NCBI GenBank assembly: GCA_965222375.1
Contig: CBDCTZ010000005.1
Location: 96,001 to 160,000 of the forward strand
Source of the DNA: Polyangiaceae bacterium
GTDB lineage: Bacteria; Myxococcota_A; Polyangia; Polyangiales; Polyangiaceae
Direction of reading: 5' to 3'
Length of the DNA stretch: 64,000 nt
Of the stretch, positions 53,765 through 63,187 are shown piece after piece. Position 1 is the first letter of the stretch; each line of letters begins with the position of its first letter. The notes under the pieces were generated by a model that was not told the origin of the DNA, ran no database searches, and saw nothing but the letters and a program-made list of their open reading frames with translations. The position numbers and the translations under genes were made by a program.

Positions 53765-55588
53765 ATGCGCGCGATTCAGCTGCTCTCGATTTGCTTGCTC
53801 ACGGCGGCAAGCGCCGGTTGTTCCAAGTCCTCCCGCGCTCCGAAAACGGGCTACGACGCTGCGCCGTTGCTCACGTCCTTGCGAGCAGGTGAAGCGGAGC
53901 AAGCGCAACGCAGCCTGGGAACGCCCCTCAACAGCCTTCCCTACTACGCCCTGGACTTGAACATCTCGGATGGCTTGAACGCCTTCGACCTCACGGAGAC
54001 GCTGCATTTCCAAAACCAGACGACCAAGCCGCTGCGCGAAGTCGCGTTGAGGGTGTACGTCAACGCGACAGCCGAAAAACCGCCGGTCGAGTTCCTCGAG
54101 GGCAGCTGTCTGGATGGGGTCAGCTGCACGGTCGCGGCCCGGGGCCCCAGCACGATCGTCGTGACCCTGGCCAAGCCCCTGGCACCAAAGGCCAACCTGC
54201 GAGCAAAGCTGAAGCTGAAAGGTACCCTCGCCCACATCGGCAAGTCCCGTACGAGCCTGCTAGCGCAAAGCTTCGAGTCCATGGCTCGCATGCGCTCGGG
54301 CAAGGGTGGCGGAGACTACGGATTGCTCGCGGAGGGTGAAGGCATATCGTCCTTCGCCAGCTTCTACCCGGTGCTGGCACGCTTCGACTCAGGCAAGTGG
54401 GAGTACGACGACGAGAGCACGATGGGTGACCTCGGCGCATCCGGCATGAGTCACGTTTCGCTGGACGTCAGCCTTCCCAAGGCTGCGCAAATTGCCACAT
54501 CCGGCGTCATAGCCTCCGAAGGCACGCCGAAAGACGGCCGCCGCCAGGTAAAGATCCAAGCCGGCCTGGTGCGTGATGTTTCGCTCCTCGTCAGCACGCA
54601 GTTTCGCTCAGCCTCCCGCAATGTCGGCGGAGTGACCATTCGCTCCCACTACCTTGCGGGGGACGAAAAGTCGGGCAAGAAGGTGCTGGATGCCGCCGAG
54701 CATTCCCTCGCGGTGTTCGAGAAGCGCTTCGGCGCCTATCCCTACAAGGACCTGGACGTCGTGGAAGCGCCCCTGGTTGGCGGCGCAGGCGGCGTCGAGT
54801 TCAGCGGCTTGGTGACCGTGGCGAGCATGTTCTATCGGCCACGCTTCGCCGATGGCACATGGGGGATCCTGACCAATTTGATTGGCGGCCCCAGCCAAGG
54901 CGAACTCGAAAAGATGACTACGGGGATCTTGGAGTTCGTGACGGCGCATGAAGTCGCTCATCAGTACTTTCCTGGCTTGGTTGGCAGCGACATCCGAAAG
55001 CACCCCTTCGCCGACGAAGCCATGGCCCAGTGGGCCGCGCTGCTCTACTTCGAGGACCGCTACGGCAAAGAGCGAGCGAAAAACGAAGCGAACCGTCAGG
55101 TCTTGGCCAACTACCACATGATGCGGCTGATGGATCTTCCCGATGCGGCCGTGGATAGACCCGTGGAAGCCTTTGAGTCCGAGATCGCCTACGCGGGCTT
55201 GGTTTACGGCAAGGGCCCATTTTTCTTTCGGGAATTGCGATCCCTGGTTGGCGACGACGCCTACTTCAAAGGATTGCGCAAAGTGATTGCCAGTAATCGC
55301 TTCGTCGAGGCGCCACCCCGAGCCTTGGTGAAAGAACTAGCGCGCGGCAAGAACGCCGCACGGGTCAACGCACTGGCGAAGCACTGGCTGGACGAAAGCC
55401 ACGGAGACGCGGACTTGGGCAAGCCGGACATGCGAGTGCTGATTGGCGCATGGCTTGGTCCGGAGATGACCAAACAAATGGGGCCGGAGATGGAAACCGC
55501 CATGCGGCTGATGCTGAAGCTCATGACCGGCAAAGGCGGCGGCGGCGATCTGGGCGGCCTGCTCAACGGCCTGCTCGGCGGCGGCTGA
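53765..55588 (+). CDS. M1 family (gluzincin) aminopeptidase lipoprotein
   Basis: Lipobox 'SAGC'; 'GGVEF', 'HEVAHQYF...DEAMA' (HEXXH-X18-E), 'VYGKG'. Confidence 0.88.
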   Translation: MRAIQLLSICLLTAASAGCSKSSRAPKTGYDAAPLLTSLRAGEAEQAQRSLGTPLNSLPYYALDLNISDGLNAFDLTETLHFQNQTTKPLREVALRVYVNATAEKPPVEFLEGSCLDGVSCTVAARGPSTIVVTLAKPLAPKANLRAKLKLKGTLAHIGKSRTSLLAQSFESMARMRSGKGGGDYGLLAEGEGISSFASFYPVLARFDSGKWEYDDESTMGDLGASGMSHVSLDVSLPKAAQIATSGVIASEGTPKDGRRQVKIQAGLVRDVSLLVSTQFRSASRNVGGVTIRSHYLAGDEKSGKKVLDAAEHSLAVFEKRFGAYPYKDLDVVEAPLVGGAGGVEFSGLVTVASMFYRPRFADGTWGILTNLIGGPSQGELEKMTTGILEFVTAHEVAHQYFPGLVGSDIRKHPFADEAMAQWAALLYFEDRYGKERAKNEANRQVLANYHMMRLMDLPDAAVDRPVEAFESEIAYAGLVYGKGPFFFRELRSLVGDDAYFKGLRKVIASNRFVEAPPRALVKELARGKNAARVNALAKHWLDESHGDADLGKPDMRVLIGAWLGPEMTKQMGPEMETAMRLMLKLMTGKGGGGDLGGLLNGLLGGG

Positions 55589-55618
55589 AGTCGAAAACCG
55601 CGAGGCTCGCAACGAACC

Positions 55619-56899
55619 TCAGAAGGTGTCCAGGGCCACGACTCCTGCGTCGCCATGACAAGCGACGTACTCGCTACGCAATCCCAAGCACTGGGCTCGC
55701 GCCGCGCAGCCGTTGCATGCGGCTGCAAATTCGTGGCGTGCGGTAGCCGACTCGGCGATGCGTGAGCCCTCCAGGGGTCGCCAAAGCTCAGGAGACCCCT
55801 CCACGACACATGGGGGAAATCCACATGTGCCGACGCACTCGACAGCAACCCCAGCGGCTTGCAGCCGATTCAGCGCCGCCGGCAACGCTCTTCGAACCGC
55901 TTCCAGCGTCGGACAGTGCGCATTGTACCAATTCAGGTCGAAGGCCGCACTCGGCTGCGACAGCACGACTCGCTCAATTTCGCCAATCTGCTCGACCACG
56001 AAGTTCGCGTACTGCTCCAAGCCGTCAACGGACTGTCGGAACACGACGCAATTAAGTGTCACGGCCAAGCCCGCAGAGACGCAGGCCCGCAATCCTTGAA
56101 CGGTCTTGGCGTGAGTACCCGGCGCCCGGGTCAGCTCATCAGACAAGGCAGGGTCGTGGGAATGAAGTGACACAAAGACTTCGCGCAGCCCCGCTCCGCG
56201 TAGTTTGTCGAGAAAGTCAGACTGGCGCAGGCGAATGGCATTGGTTTCCAGACAAACGCGCATCCCATGACGCTCCGTCGCCCGTTCGATGAGAGGCCCA
56301 AGCTCGGCATGCAAGGTGGGCTCGCCGCCACTGATGACCAAACGCTCGGCACCGAGCCCAGCTAGCTCGTCCAACCAGCGCGCATAGAGGTCCCCAGGCG
56401 GCTCGGGCCAGCGACGGGACTGCCAGCAGAAACCGCAGTCTTGATTGCAGCGAAACCCAAGACGAAGCGTGCCCTCTTTGCGGACGGGCTCGTAGCTGCG
56501 CAACATGAAGTCCTCGGTGCCGGCCGACTCGAGGTGTTGTGCCAACGCCGTCTCCACCGCTTCGGCCGCGGCGGGCGAAAGGTCCCGAAAGCGCGTCGCC
56601 AGTCCATCGAGAGCCGTTCGCTTTGCTGGGTCGGCGTAGGGATCCACGCCGTCCCTTCCCTTGCGGTACGAGAGCGCCAGCTCGCCCCGGCGCGCGAAAG
56701 CGGGTTGTTCGGCCGGGGCTGCCCCGAGCTCGAGGGTCAGCCCCGCAGTCGGGCACTCGAGCAGCAGACCCGCCGCACCGGGCATCTTGGCTCTCCCCTG
56801 GAGGCGGACTTGTAGCCCCAGAACCTCTTCGAGAACTCGCTCGGTCTGTCCCGCCAGATCCGCAACCCACGGAGTGAGTGAGACGACCGGGAGCTTCAC
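55619..56899 (-). CDS. Radical SAM protein with N-terminal extension and C-terminal Cys-rich domain
   Basis: 'CNQDCGFC' (CX3CX2C), 'SGGEPTL', 'ETNA', 'CGFPPC', 'CNGCAARAQCLG'. GTG start overlaps the upstream TGA. Confidence 0.9.
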   Translation of the reverse strand: MKLPVVSLTPWVADLAGQTERVLEEVLGLQVRLQGRAKMPGAAGLLLECPTAGLTLELGAAPAEQPAFARRGELALSYRKGRDGVDPYADPAKRTALDGLATRFRDLSPAAAEAVETALAQHLESAGTEDFMLRSYEPVRKEGTLRLGFRCNQDCGFCWQSRRWPEPPGDLYARWLDELAGLGAERLVISGGEPTLHAELGPLIERATERHGMRVCLETNAIRLRQSDFLDKLRGAGLREVFVSLHSHDPALSDELTRAPGTHAKTVQGLRACVSAGLAVTLNCVVFRQSVDGLEQYANFVVEQIGEIERVVLSQPSAAFDLNWYNAHCPTLEAVRRALPAALNRLQAAGVAVECVGTCGFPPCVVEGSPELWRPLEGSRIAESATARHEFAAACNGCAARAQCLGLRSEYVACHGDAGVVALDTF

Positions 56900-59187
56900 T
56901 TGGGCACGGCGCCACAAGCCACGCCGCGGTACAGAGCGGCGTTGTTGTTCTCGTGGCACTCCTTGCTCAAGCTCTGGGGGTCGACTTTGACGAATACATC
57001 GACGGTCTCTCCCGCCAAGTCAGCCTTGCAGCTCACGATGGTGCACTCACCAACCTTCAACGCCTGAGCGATGGGCGCGGTACACAACAGCGTACCCGTC
57101 TCCGAGTCCTTGAAGAAGCTCACTTCAGTGCCGCTCACCATGGGCAGGGTGCCGCGATTGCAAACTCGGGCCTCGACCGTGGCCACAGTACCGTCGCACT
57201 TGACGGCACCCACGTCGCCGCCGGCAGTCAAGTCGGGCTCGCCGAGCGCTTCCAGATCACCTTGCACATTCTGGCGGAAGTTGTTCAGCCCGGGCTGCTT
57301 CCAATTCAGGGCAACCGCGGAGCTCTTGGGGATTTCTCCGCGATCCCCAACATGGGTTACCGCGTAGGCATGCTGGTTCCACACCGGACGCGAGGCTGCC
57401 CAGCGGTCCTTTTCGTCTCGCAGCACCACGATTCCGTGGTTGGTCGAGAAGGTGGAAGTCGAAAGCAGAGGATCCGTACTCGGGCAACCGAGGCTGCCAG
57501 CGTACTCGTTGACCGCCGACACGATTTCGGTACGGAAATCCCCATCCACGTCGACGATCACGGGGTTTTCATAGGTCGTGCCACTCGAGCGAGCGGCGGA
57601 ATACAGCACCTTGCCTGTTGCGCCCTCATAGACCCGCAAGAAGCACTCGTCCGCGTAGACCGCCTCGGCCGAGCCGTCTGCGTCGAAGTCGAACACACTC
57701 GACCCGGTCACATTCGAACTGTTGTCTTGGGAAGGTTGAGACCAAAGCACACCGGTGGTCTTACTCTGACCGCCGCAGCCCGCGGCGCTCCCGCCACTCA
57801 GACAGTCGAAGTCGAACACGACGTACTGGCCGCCACCGGCACTCGCGAACTCGCGCCGACCGTCGCCATCGAAATCCGCAACCGTCGGGGGCCCGCCGCT
57901 TCCACCGCCGGGAATGTTCACCGGACCAAAAACGACGGTCCCTTCCAGAGTCTGCACCCGGACCTTGCCCGAGGAAACAACCACGATCTCCGCTCGGTCC
58001 TGGTTGCCGAATGCAGCAAGGGGGAAGTTACCCAACTCGGCCACCGCCACCTGTCCTCGGCTCAGGGAGGCGGGCGTGAAGTAAGTCTCCGGCACCCAGG
58101 CCGTGCCATTCCATTCCGCAATGGCATTGCCGTAGATGAACTCGGGCTTCTTGTCCTCGTCCACATCCGCAATCACTGGGACAACTCCCTTGTGATACCC
58201 CGGGTAGTTGCCGCCCCCGAGCAGGCAACCCTCCGAGCTATACACACTCGATTGATAGACAATCTCCGACACTCCATCGTCATTCATGTCGTGAATGCTC
58301 GGACCGCTCCACTGATCGCCACCGCCCGTCGAATCCGGCGTGGTTGGCGGCCCCTTGCCGCCCGTGCACGTTCCGGAGCGCCACATGCGCTCGAAGGCCT
58401 TGGTCGTGGCGTTGTACTGGAATGCGATCAGGCCACCACCGTGGGCGGCGGCCACGATGTCCGCGCGCCCGTCCCCATTGATATCCCCGACCGCCACCGA
58501 GGCCGGTGACATGGTCGCGTCGGCGGGCGCCGGCACCGTGTACTGATGCGAGCAGTCTACGCCGCTCACCACGCGCAACACGCCCGGGTTGCTGTAGGAG
58601 CCGCTGGTAGGAAAGCTGGAAAATACAATGGACGGCAAGAGCGTCTTCGGGTCCTCGTCCAAGTCGAAGTCCACCACGACCGGCGTCGCCATCACGTGGT
58701 GATGGTTCGGGAATGGATCCCCGGCGGGGGGAGCTGTCCAACGGCATTGAACCGCCGGGACGATTTGACCAATTTCGATCTTCACCTTGCAGGTGTCGTC
58801 CTTGATCTTGCCCGGCGGCACCTCGTAGGGAATGCAGGTCCCGTTGTCACAGTAGCTGTCGAACCAGCAGTCGTCATTGGTGGTACACGGTGGCTGCTCG
58901 GGAGCGCACTGAGTGTTTTTTGCGCAGAATTCGGCGGCGCCGCAGCACTCACCCGGGCAGTCCTGAGCAGCAGGGCAGTTTCCACTACCGCCGGTACTGA
59001 TACCGCCTCCGGTTCCACCGCCTCCGGTTCCAGCATCCGGCGTCACGCAGGTTCCATTCAGACAGACCTGACCCGCGCCGCAGTTGTCGCAACCACCAGC
59101 CACGGTCGAAGTGTCGGAATCGCCCCCGCAGGACGCGATCACCACGGAAAGCACGGCCCCGCACAGGCTCCAGGCAAAGATGCGCAT
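56896..59187 (-). CDS. FG-GAP/VCBS beta-propeller lipoprotein with Cys-rich N-terminus and CARDB-like C-terminus
   Basis: Lipobox 'IASC'; repeats 'GDINGDGRADIV', 'ADFDGDGRRE', 'FDFDADGSAE', 'VDVDGDFRTEIV'; 'VCNRG...VDP....ECHENNN'. Confidence 0.9.
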   Translation of the reverse strand: MRIFAWSLCGAVLSVVIASCGGDSDTSTVAGGCDNCGAGQVCLNGTCVTPDAGTGGGGTGGGISTGGSGNCPAAQDCPGECCGAAEFCAKNTQCAPEQPPCTTNDDCWFDSYCDNGTCIPYEVPPGKIKDDTCKVKIEIGQIVPAVQCRWTAPPAGDPFPNHHHVMATPVVVDFDLDEDPKTLLPSIVFSSFPTSGSYSNPGVLRVVSGVDCSHQYTVPAPADATMSPASVAVGDINGDGRADIVAAAHGGGLIAFQYNATTKAFERMWRSGTCTGGKGPPTTPDSTGGGDQWSGPSIHDMNDDGVSEIVYQSSVYSSEGCLLGGGNYPGYHKGVVPVIADVDEDKKPEFIYGNAIAEWNGTAWVPETYFTPASLSRGQVAVAELGNFPLAAFGNQDRAEIVVVSSGKVRVQTLEGTVVFGPVNIPGGGSGGPPTVADFDGDGRREFASAGGGQYVVFDFDCLSGGSAAGCGGQSKTTGVLWSQPSQDNSSNVTGSSVFDFDADGSAEAVYADECFLRVYEGATGKVLYSAARSSGTTYENPVIVDVDGDFRTEIVSAVNEYAGSLGCPSTDPLLSTSTFSTNHGIVVLRDEKDRWAASRPVWNQHAYAVTHVGDRGEIPKSSAVALNWKQPGLNNFRQNVQGDLEALGEPDLTAGGDVGAVKCDGTVATVEARVCNRGTLPMVSGTEVSFFKDSETGTLLCTAPIAQALKVGECTIVSCKADLAGETVDVFVKVDPQSLSKECHENNNAALYRGVACGAVPK

Positions 59188-59240
59188 GCGAGAAGTGTCC
59201 CCGCGCGCGGGCGCGGCGGCAACCATCAGCTGAACGGGCT

Positions 59241-59268
59241 TTGACCCAGCCCGCGTTTTGGCTAGCTT
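59241..59268 (+). promoter_or_regulatory. Putative sigma70 promoter giving a leaderless transcript
   Basis: TTGACC-N16-TAGCTT, ending 6 nt before ATG 59275; no SD. Confidence 0.5.
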
Positions 59269-59274
59269 CAAGTC

Positions 59275-60573
59275 ATGGGTCGCGCGCTTTGGTGGAGCTT
59301 GTTGGTCGCCCTGCCCTGCCTCGGTTGTGGCGAGTCTTCGTCCGCAGACTCGACCCCGAGTGGTGGAGCTGCCGGGGGCGGCGGGCAGGCGGGCAGTGGC
59401 GGCGGCAGCGCTGGTGCGAGTGCGGGCGCCGCTGGCGCAGGAGGCCAGGCAGCCGCGGGAGGAGGCGCCGGGGCGGACGCCGGCAGCTGCCAAGCGACCG
59501 CACAATCCAGTTCCACGGTCGATCCCAAGTCGCCGCCTTTTGCCATCGTCGGCGATCCGCCCGTGGGCCGTGGGATCTTCGACCCCGATCCCGAGTACCC
59601 CCTGAATGCACCCATGGGGGCCCTGAGCTACTCGGCCGTCGAGGCAACCAACAGCATCGCGACTCGCATTGCGGTCAGCAGCGACCAAGGGAAAACTTGG
59701 ACCTACGCCGCGAACGCGAATGCCTCAGGCCCACTCACCATTCCGGTGGTGAGCACCTCCACGCGCTGCCCGGGTGGCACTTGCAGCGGGCACTGGATCC
59801 ACGAGGTCTCGTCGCTGATCTTCGACGCGGACGACCCAATTGCCGCGCGGCGCTGGAAGCTCTTCACTCACAGCTACCTGGTTCTCCCGGGCGACGTACT
59901 TGGCTACGATCTGGGTCACATTGCGTTGCACGTTGCGAAAGATGCAGCGGGCCCTTGGAAGACCGAAGGTGGAGTCCTCGGCTGGGACGGCGAAAGCTCC
60001 GTGTCCAGCGACAACATCACGACCAACGTCTCCAAGTTCAATCAGCTCAAAGACTGTGTGGCGCTCACAGAACCCTCGGCCCGCTGGCGCAATGGCGGCA
60101 TCATTGATCTGGCGGTGGGCTGCGCCACGGCCACCAATCGCATCCGAATCGAACTATTCCGGTCCTTGGATCACGCCAAGACCTTCTTGTATACGAGGCG
60201 GTTGGTCGAAGCCGAAGACGCCCTTTGCCTGGGCGCAGCCCTGCCCAAGGTCAACGCCGCGGACCTATTCGCTGCGGGAGGCAAGAGCTACCTATCCGTT
60301 TCCGTGCCCGGCACGAACAACCTCGGCTTCGAAGGATACCGGGGCTGCCGCATCCTCGAATTGAACGCCGGGGGCGATTCTCTGTCCCGAGACGCTTCCG
60401 GCGCGCCTGTTGTGGCCCGCAAGATAGATGCTCCGGACAACCGATTCATCGGCGCTTGCGGCGCCGCAGAAGGTGCTTCGGCTGCAGGCTATTTCGTGAG
60501 CATGCTGACGAACGACACGCTGCCTCCCCCTCCCCAGTTCCGGATATTCACCTCACCCTCATCCCTGCCCTGA
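59275..60573 (+). CDS. BNR/Asp-box (sialidase-like propeller) lipoprotein
   Basis: Lipobox 'CLGC'; Gly/Ala linker; Asp-boxes 'SSDQGKTW' and 'SLDHAKTF'. Confidence 0.72.
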   Translation: MGRALWWSLLVALPCLGCGESSSADSTPSGGAAGGGGQAGSGGGSAGASAGAAGAGGQAAAGGGAGADAGSCQATAQSSSTVDPKSPPFAIVGDPPVGRGIFDPDPEYPLNAPMGALSYSAVEATNSIATRIAVSSDQGKTWTYAANANASGPLTIPVVSTSTRCPGGTCSGHWIHEVSSLIFDADDPIAARRWKLFTHSYLVLPGDVLGYDLGHIALHVAKDAAGPWKTEGGVLGWDGESSVSSDNITTNVSKFNQLKDCVALTEPSARWRNGGIIDLAVGCATATNRIRIELFRSLDHAKTFLYTRRLVEAEDALCLGAALPKVNAADLFAAGGKSYLSVSVPGTNNLGFEGYRGCRILELNAGGDSLSRDASGAPVVARKIDAPDNRFIGACGAAEGASAAGYFVSMLTNDTLPPPPQFRIFTSPSSLP

Positions 60574-60580
60574 CCCTCCG

Positions 60581-61090
60581 ATGCTCCAATATCGCTTCGC
60601 ACTAGCCGCGGCGCTGGTCGGATGCGCCCCCGCAGAGCGCACCGCTAAGCCCCAACCCCCCTCCCCCCCCGGGCCTGAGCCCATCTCTTGCACCTCCATC
60701 GGCTGTCAGAACGGCCTCGAAATCGAATTCGTGCGAGCCGCCTGGCCCAGCGGGGACTACCGCATCGGCGTGGACGTGGACGGCAAGACCACGACCTGTG
60801 AAGGCAGTCTGCCCCTGAAGGCCTGTGACGCAGGTGCCAGCTTCGTGTGCTCGGGTACGCCAGGCGTCACCCTCGGCGAGAGCGGCTGCGCCCTTCCCGC
60901 GGCGTCCCATTCCCTTTCCGGGCTCTCCTTGGAAACCACTACCGCATCCCAGGTCACCCTCACCCTGGAGCATGCGGGCGCGTTGATTGGCACAACCACC
61001 TTTCAACCGGAATTCAGCGACGTGCGACCCAACGGGCCAGACTGTCCTCCTCTGTGCAGGAACGCGGGCAGACGACTCCGGCTGCGCTGA
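60581..61090 (+). CDS. Hypothetical lipoprotein
   Basis: Lipobox 'LVGC'; 'CTSIGC' and 'PNGPDCPPLC' motifs. Confidence 0.75.
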   Translation: MLQYRFALAAALVGCAPAERTAKPQPPSPPGPEPISCTSIGCQNGLEIEFVRAAWPSGDYRIGVDVDGKTTTCEGSLPLKACDAGASFVCSGTPGVTLGESGCALPAASHSLSGLSLETTTASQVTLTLEHAGALIGTTTFQPEFSDVRPNGPDCPPLCRNAGRRLRLR

Positions 61091-61159
61091 AGCCCAGGCG
61101 CAAGTCGCGGGTGCGACGCTCACCCCGGAGCGTTCCGACGCGGCTATGATGCCCACGCC

Positions 61160-63145
61160 ATGAAGGACGACAACGAGCGCCCATCGACCGGTTCGCGCGC
61201 CACGGAACCGCTGTCCGAGAATGTCTCCCAGGTGAAAGCGCCAAGCGTCACGCTACCGGCCGCAGAGCCCAGTGCGCCTCCGCCGAGCGCGGCGCGCTCG
61301 ACCCGACTGGAAGACCGCGGCTTCGACAAGCGCTACGAGAAGAAAGACGTGCTGGGCCGTGGAGGCATGGGCGAAGTTCAACTCTGCCTCGATCGTCGCA
61401 TCGGCCGAGAGGTCGCGATGAAACTGGTTCGCCCGGCCGTGGCGCATCGGGAAGATCTGATGAACCGCTTCGAGCGGGAAGCCAAGATTCAAGGGCGTTT
61501 GGAGCACCCGAGTGTAGTGCCGGTGCACGACATGGGGCTCCGGCCCGATGGCTCGGTCTACTTCACCATGAAACGCCTACGTGGTCTGACCCTGGAGGCC
61601 GTCGTCGACGGGTTGAAAGCGAAGACACCGGACATCGTGGAACCCTTCAACATGCGGCGCATCCTGGGTGCACTGTCAGATCTGTGCCTCGGCGTCGCCT
61701 TCGCCCACAGCCGGGGTGTGATTCATCGTGACCTCAAGCCGGCCAACGTCGTCTTGGGGGAGTTCGGCGAGGTGCACGTGCTCGATTGGGGCATCGCCAA
61801 GGTGTTGGACGCGGACTCTGACGTCGCCGAGGAGAGTGTGCGCTCGTTGGCACCCCTGCCGGAAACTCCCCTGCCATCGCCGGAGTCCTTGGAGACCTTG
61901 ATCGAGGAAATCCCGGAGACCCGGGCCGGGTCCACCATGGGAACACCGGGCTACATGTCTCCAGAGCAAATGCTCGGTGGTGTCATCGATGGGCGCAGCG
62001 ACATCTACTCCCTGGGATGCCTGTTATTCGAAGCGCTGACCTTAGAGCCGCTACACCCACGCGACAGCTTGGATACGATCCGCGCATCCACCTTGGGCGG
62101 GAGCTGCAACGCGCGACCCAGCGCCCGCGCAAAGGGTCGCACCATCCCTCCCGAGCTGGACGAAATCTGCCTGCGAGCCACGGAGCTCGACCCCAATCAG
62201 CGGTACCGCAGCGCCCGGGATCTGCACGACGCCATCGAGAGCTTCTTGGCGGGCGATCGGGACGAGGAACGCCGGCGTGAGCTGGCCAAGGAGCGCGTCG
62301 AGGCAGCCCGCGCGGCTCTGGAGCGGACCGGCGAACCTGGGGACTTGAGCGCTCGGGTCAACGCCATCCGCGAGCTGACCGCCGCGATTTCCCTCCGGCC
62401 GGAAGATCCCGAAGCGCTCCGACTCTTGGCTCGCGCGCTGACAGACGCCCCAGATTCCCTGCCGTCGGAGGCAGAAACCGCCCTCGCCAAGCAGCGGGGA
62501 GAGCAGCGCAAACAGTCCGCGCGGGTTTCATTCTTGGGGCTTGTCGTCGTGCTGCTGATCCTGCCGCTCTTTTCAACCCTGGGCGTTCGCAGCTGGCCAG
62601 CATTGCTCTTGCTCTACGCCTGCGTGCTGGCCTTCACCGCCTTTTCGTATTGGCTCAGCCGCACCGGCGGCAACCGCACGCTCCACATCGTCGGATCAGC
62701 AACCCTCGGCGCCTCTGTTGCAGGCGTTTCCTCGGTCGTGGCGGGTCCACTGGTGTTGGTGCCGACTGCCGCCTGCGTCGTGGCCCTGGCGGTGATCATC
62801 AACTCGCGAGCAGAACCCCGACGCCGGAACTGGGTCCTGGCCATCGCGTCTTTGGCGGTACTGCTCCCCTTTTGCCTGCAGATCCTTGGAGTGCTCCCGG
62901 TCTCCTATGCCTTCGACGCCGAGGGCATGCGCGTCGTGCCCTGGGGCGTGAATCTGCCTCAAGCGCCCACCCTGCTCATGCTGTTGCTTGGGAACCTCGC
63001 GTGTTTGTTCGTCCCCGTGTTCGCCGTGGGGAGAGCCATCGACGTACTCGCCCACGCCGAACGCCAACTGTTTGCTCAAGCTTGGCATCTGCGCCAGCTC
63101 TTGCCCGACAGCCGGGACTCTTTGCCCCCACCGTCAAGGGTTTGA
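61160..63145 (+). CDS. Ser/Thr protein kinase with polytopic C-terminal membrane domain
   Basis: 'GRGGMGEV', 'VAMK', 'HRDLKPAN', 'DWG', 'GTPGYMSPEQ'; roughly six hydrophobic segments at the C-terminus. Confidence 0.93.
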   Translation: MKDDNERPSTGSRATEPLSENVSQVKAPSVTLPAAEPSAPPPSAARSTRLEDRGFDKRYEKKDVLGRGGMGEVQLCLDRRIGREVAMKLVRPAVAHREDLMNRFEREAKIQGRLEHPSVVPVHDMGLRPDGSVYFTMKRLRGLTLEAVVDGLKAKTPDIVEPFNMRRILGALSDLCLGVAFAHSRGVIHRDLKPANVVLGEFGEVHVLDWGIAKVLDADSDVAEESVRSLAPLPETPLPSPESLETLIEEIPETRAGSTMGTPGYMSPEQMLGGVIDGRSDIYSLGCLLFEALTLEPLHPRDSLDTIRASTLGGSCNARPSARAKGRTIPPELDEICLRATELDPNQRYRSARDLHDAIESFLAGDRDEERRRELAKERVEAARAALERTGEPGDLSARVNAIRELTAAISLRPEDPEALRLLARALTDAPDSLPSEAETALAKQRGEQRKQSARVSFLGLVVVLLILPLFSTLGVRSWPALLLLYACVLAFTAFSYWLSRTGGNRTLHIVGSATLGASVAGVSSVVAGPLVLVPTAACVVALAVIINSRAEPRRRNWVLAIASLAVLLPFCLQILGVLPVSYAFDAEGMRVVPWGVNLPQAPTLLMLLLGNLACLFVPVFAVGRAIDVLAHAERQLFAQAWHLRQLLPDSRDSLPPPSRV

Positions 63146-63187
63146 CACCCGCCGCGACCAACGCCCGCGTGTTATCTTTGAAGCTGC

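Noticed and set aside
56878..58509. 543-aa plus-strand ORF
   Set aside because: Lies antisense to the FG-GAP gene; no domain signature.
63142..63178. TTGACA...TATCTT as a sigma70 promoter
   Set aside because: Spacer is 25 nt, too long; the TTGACA overlaps the upstream stop codon.
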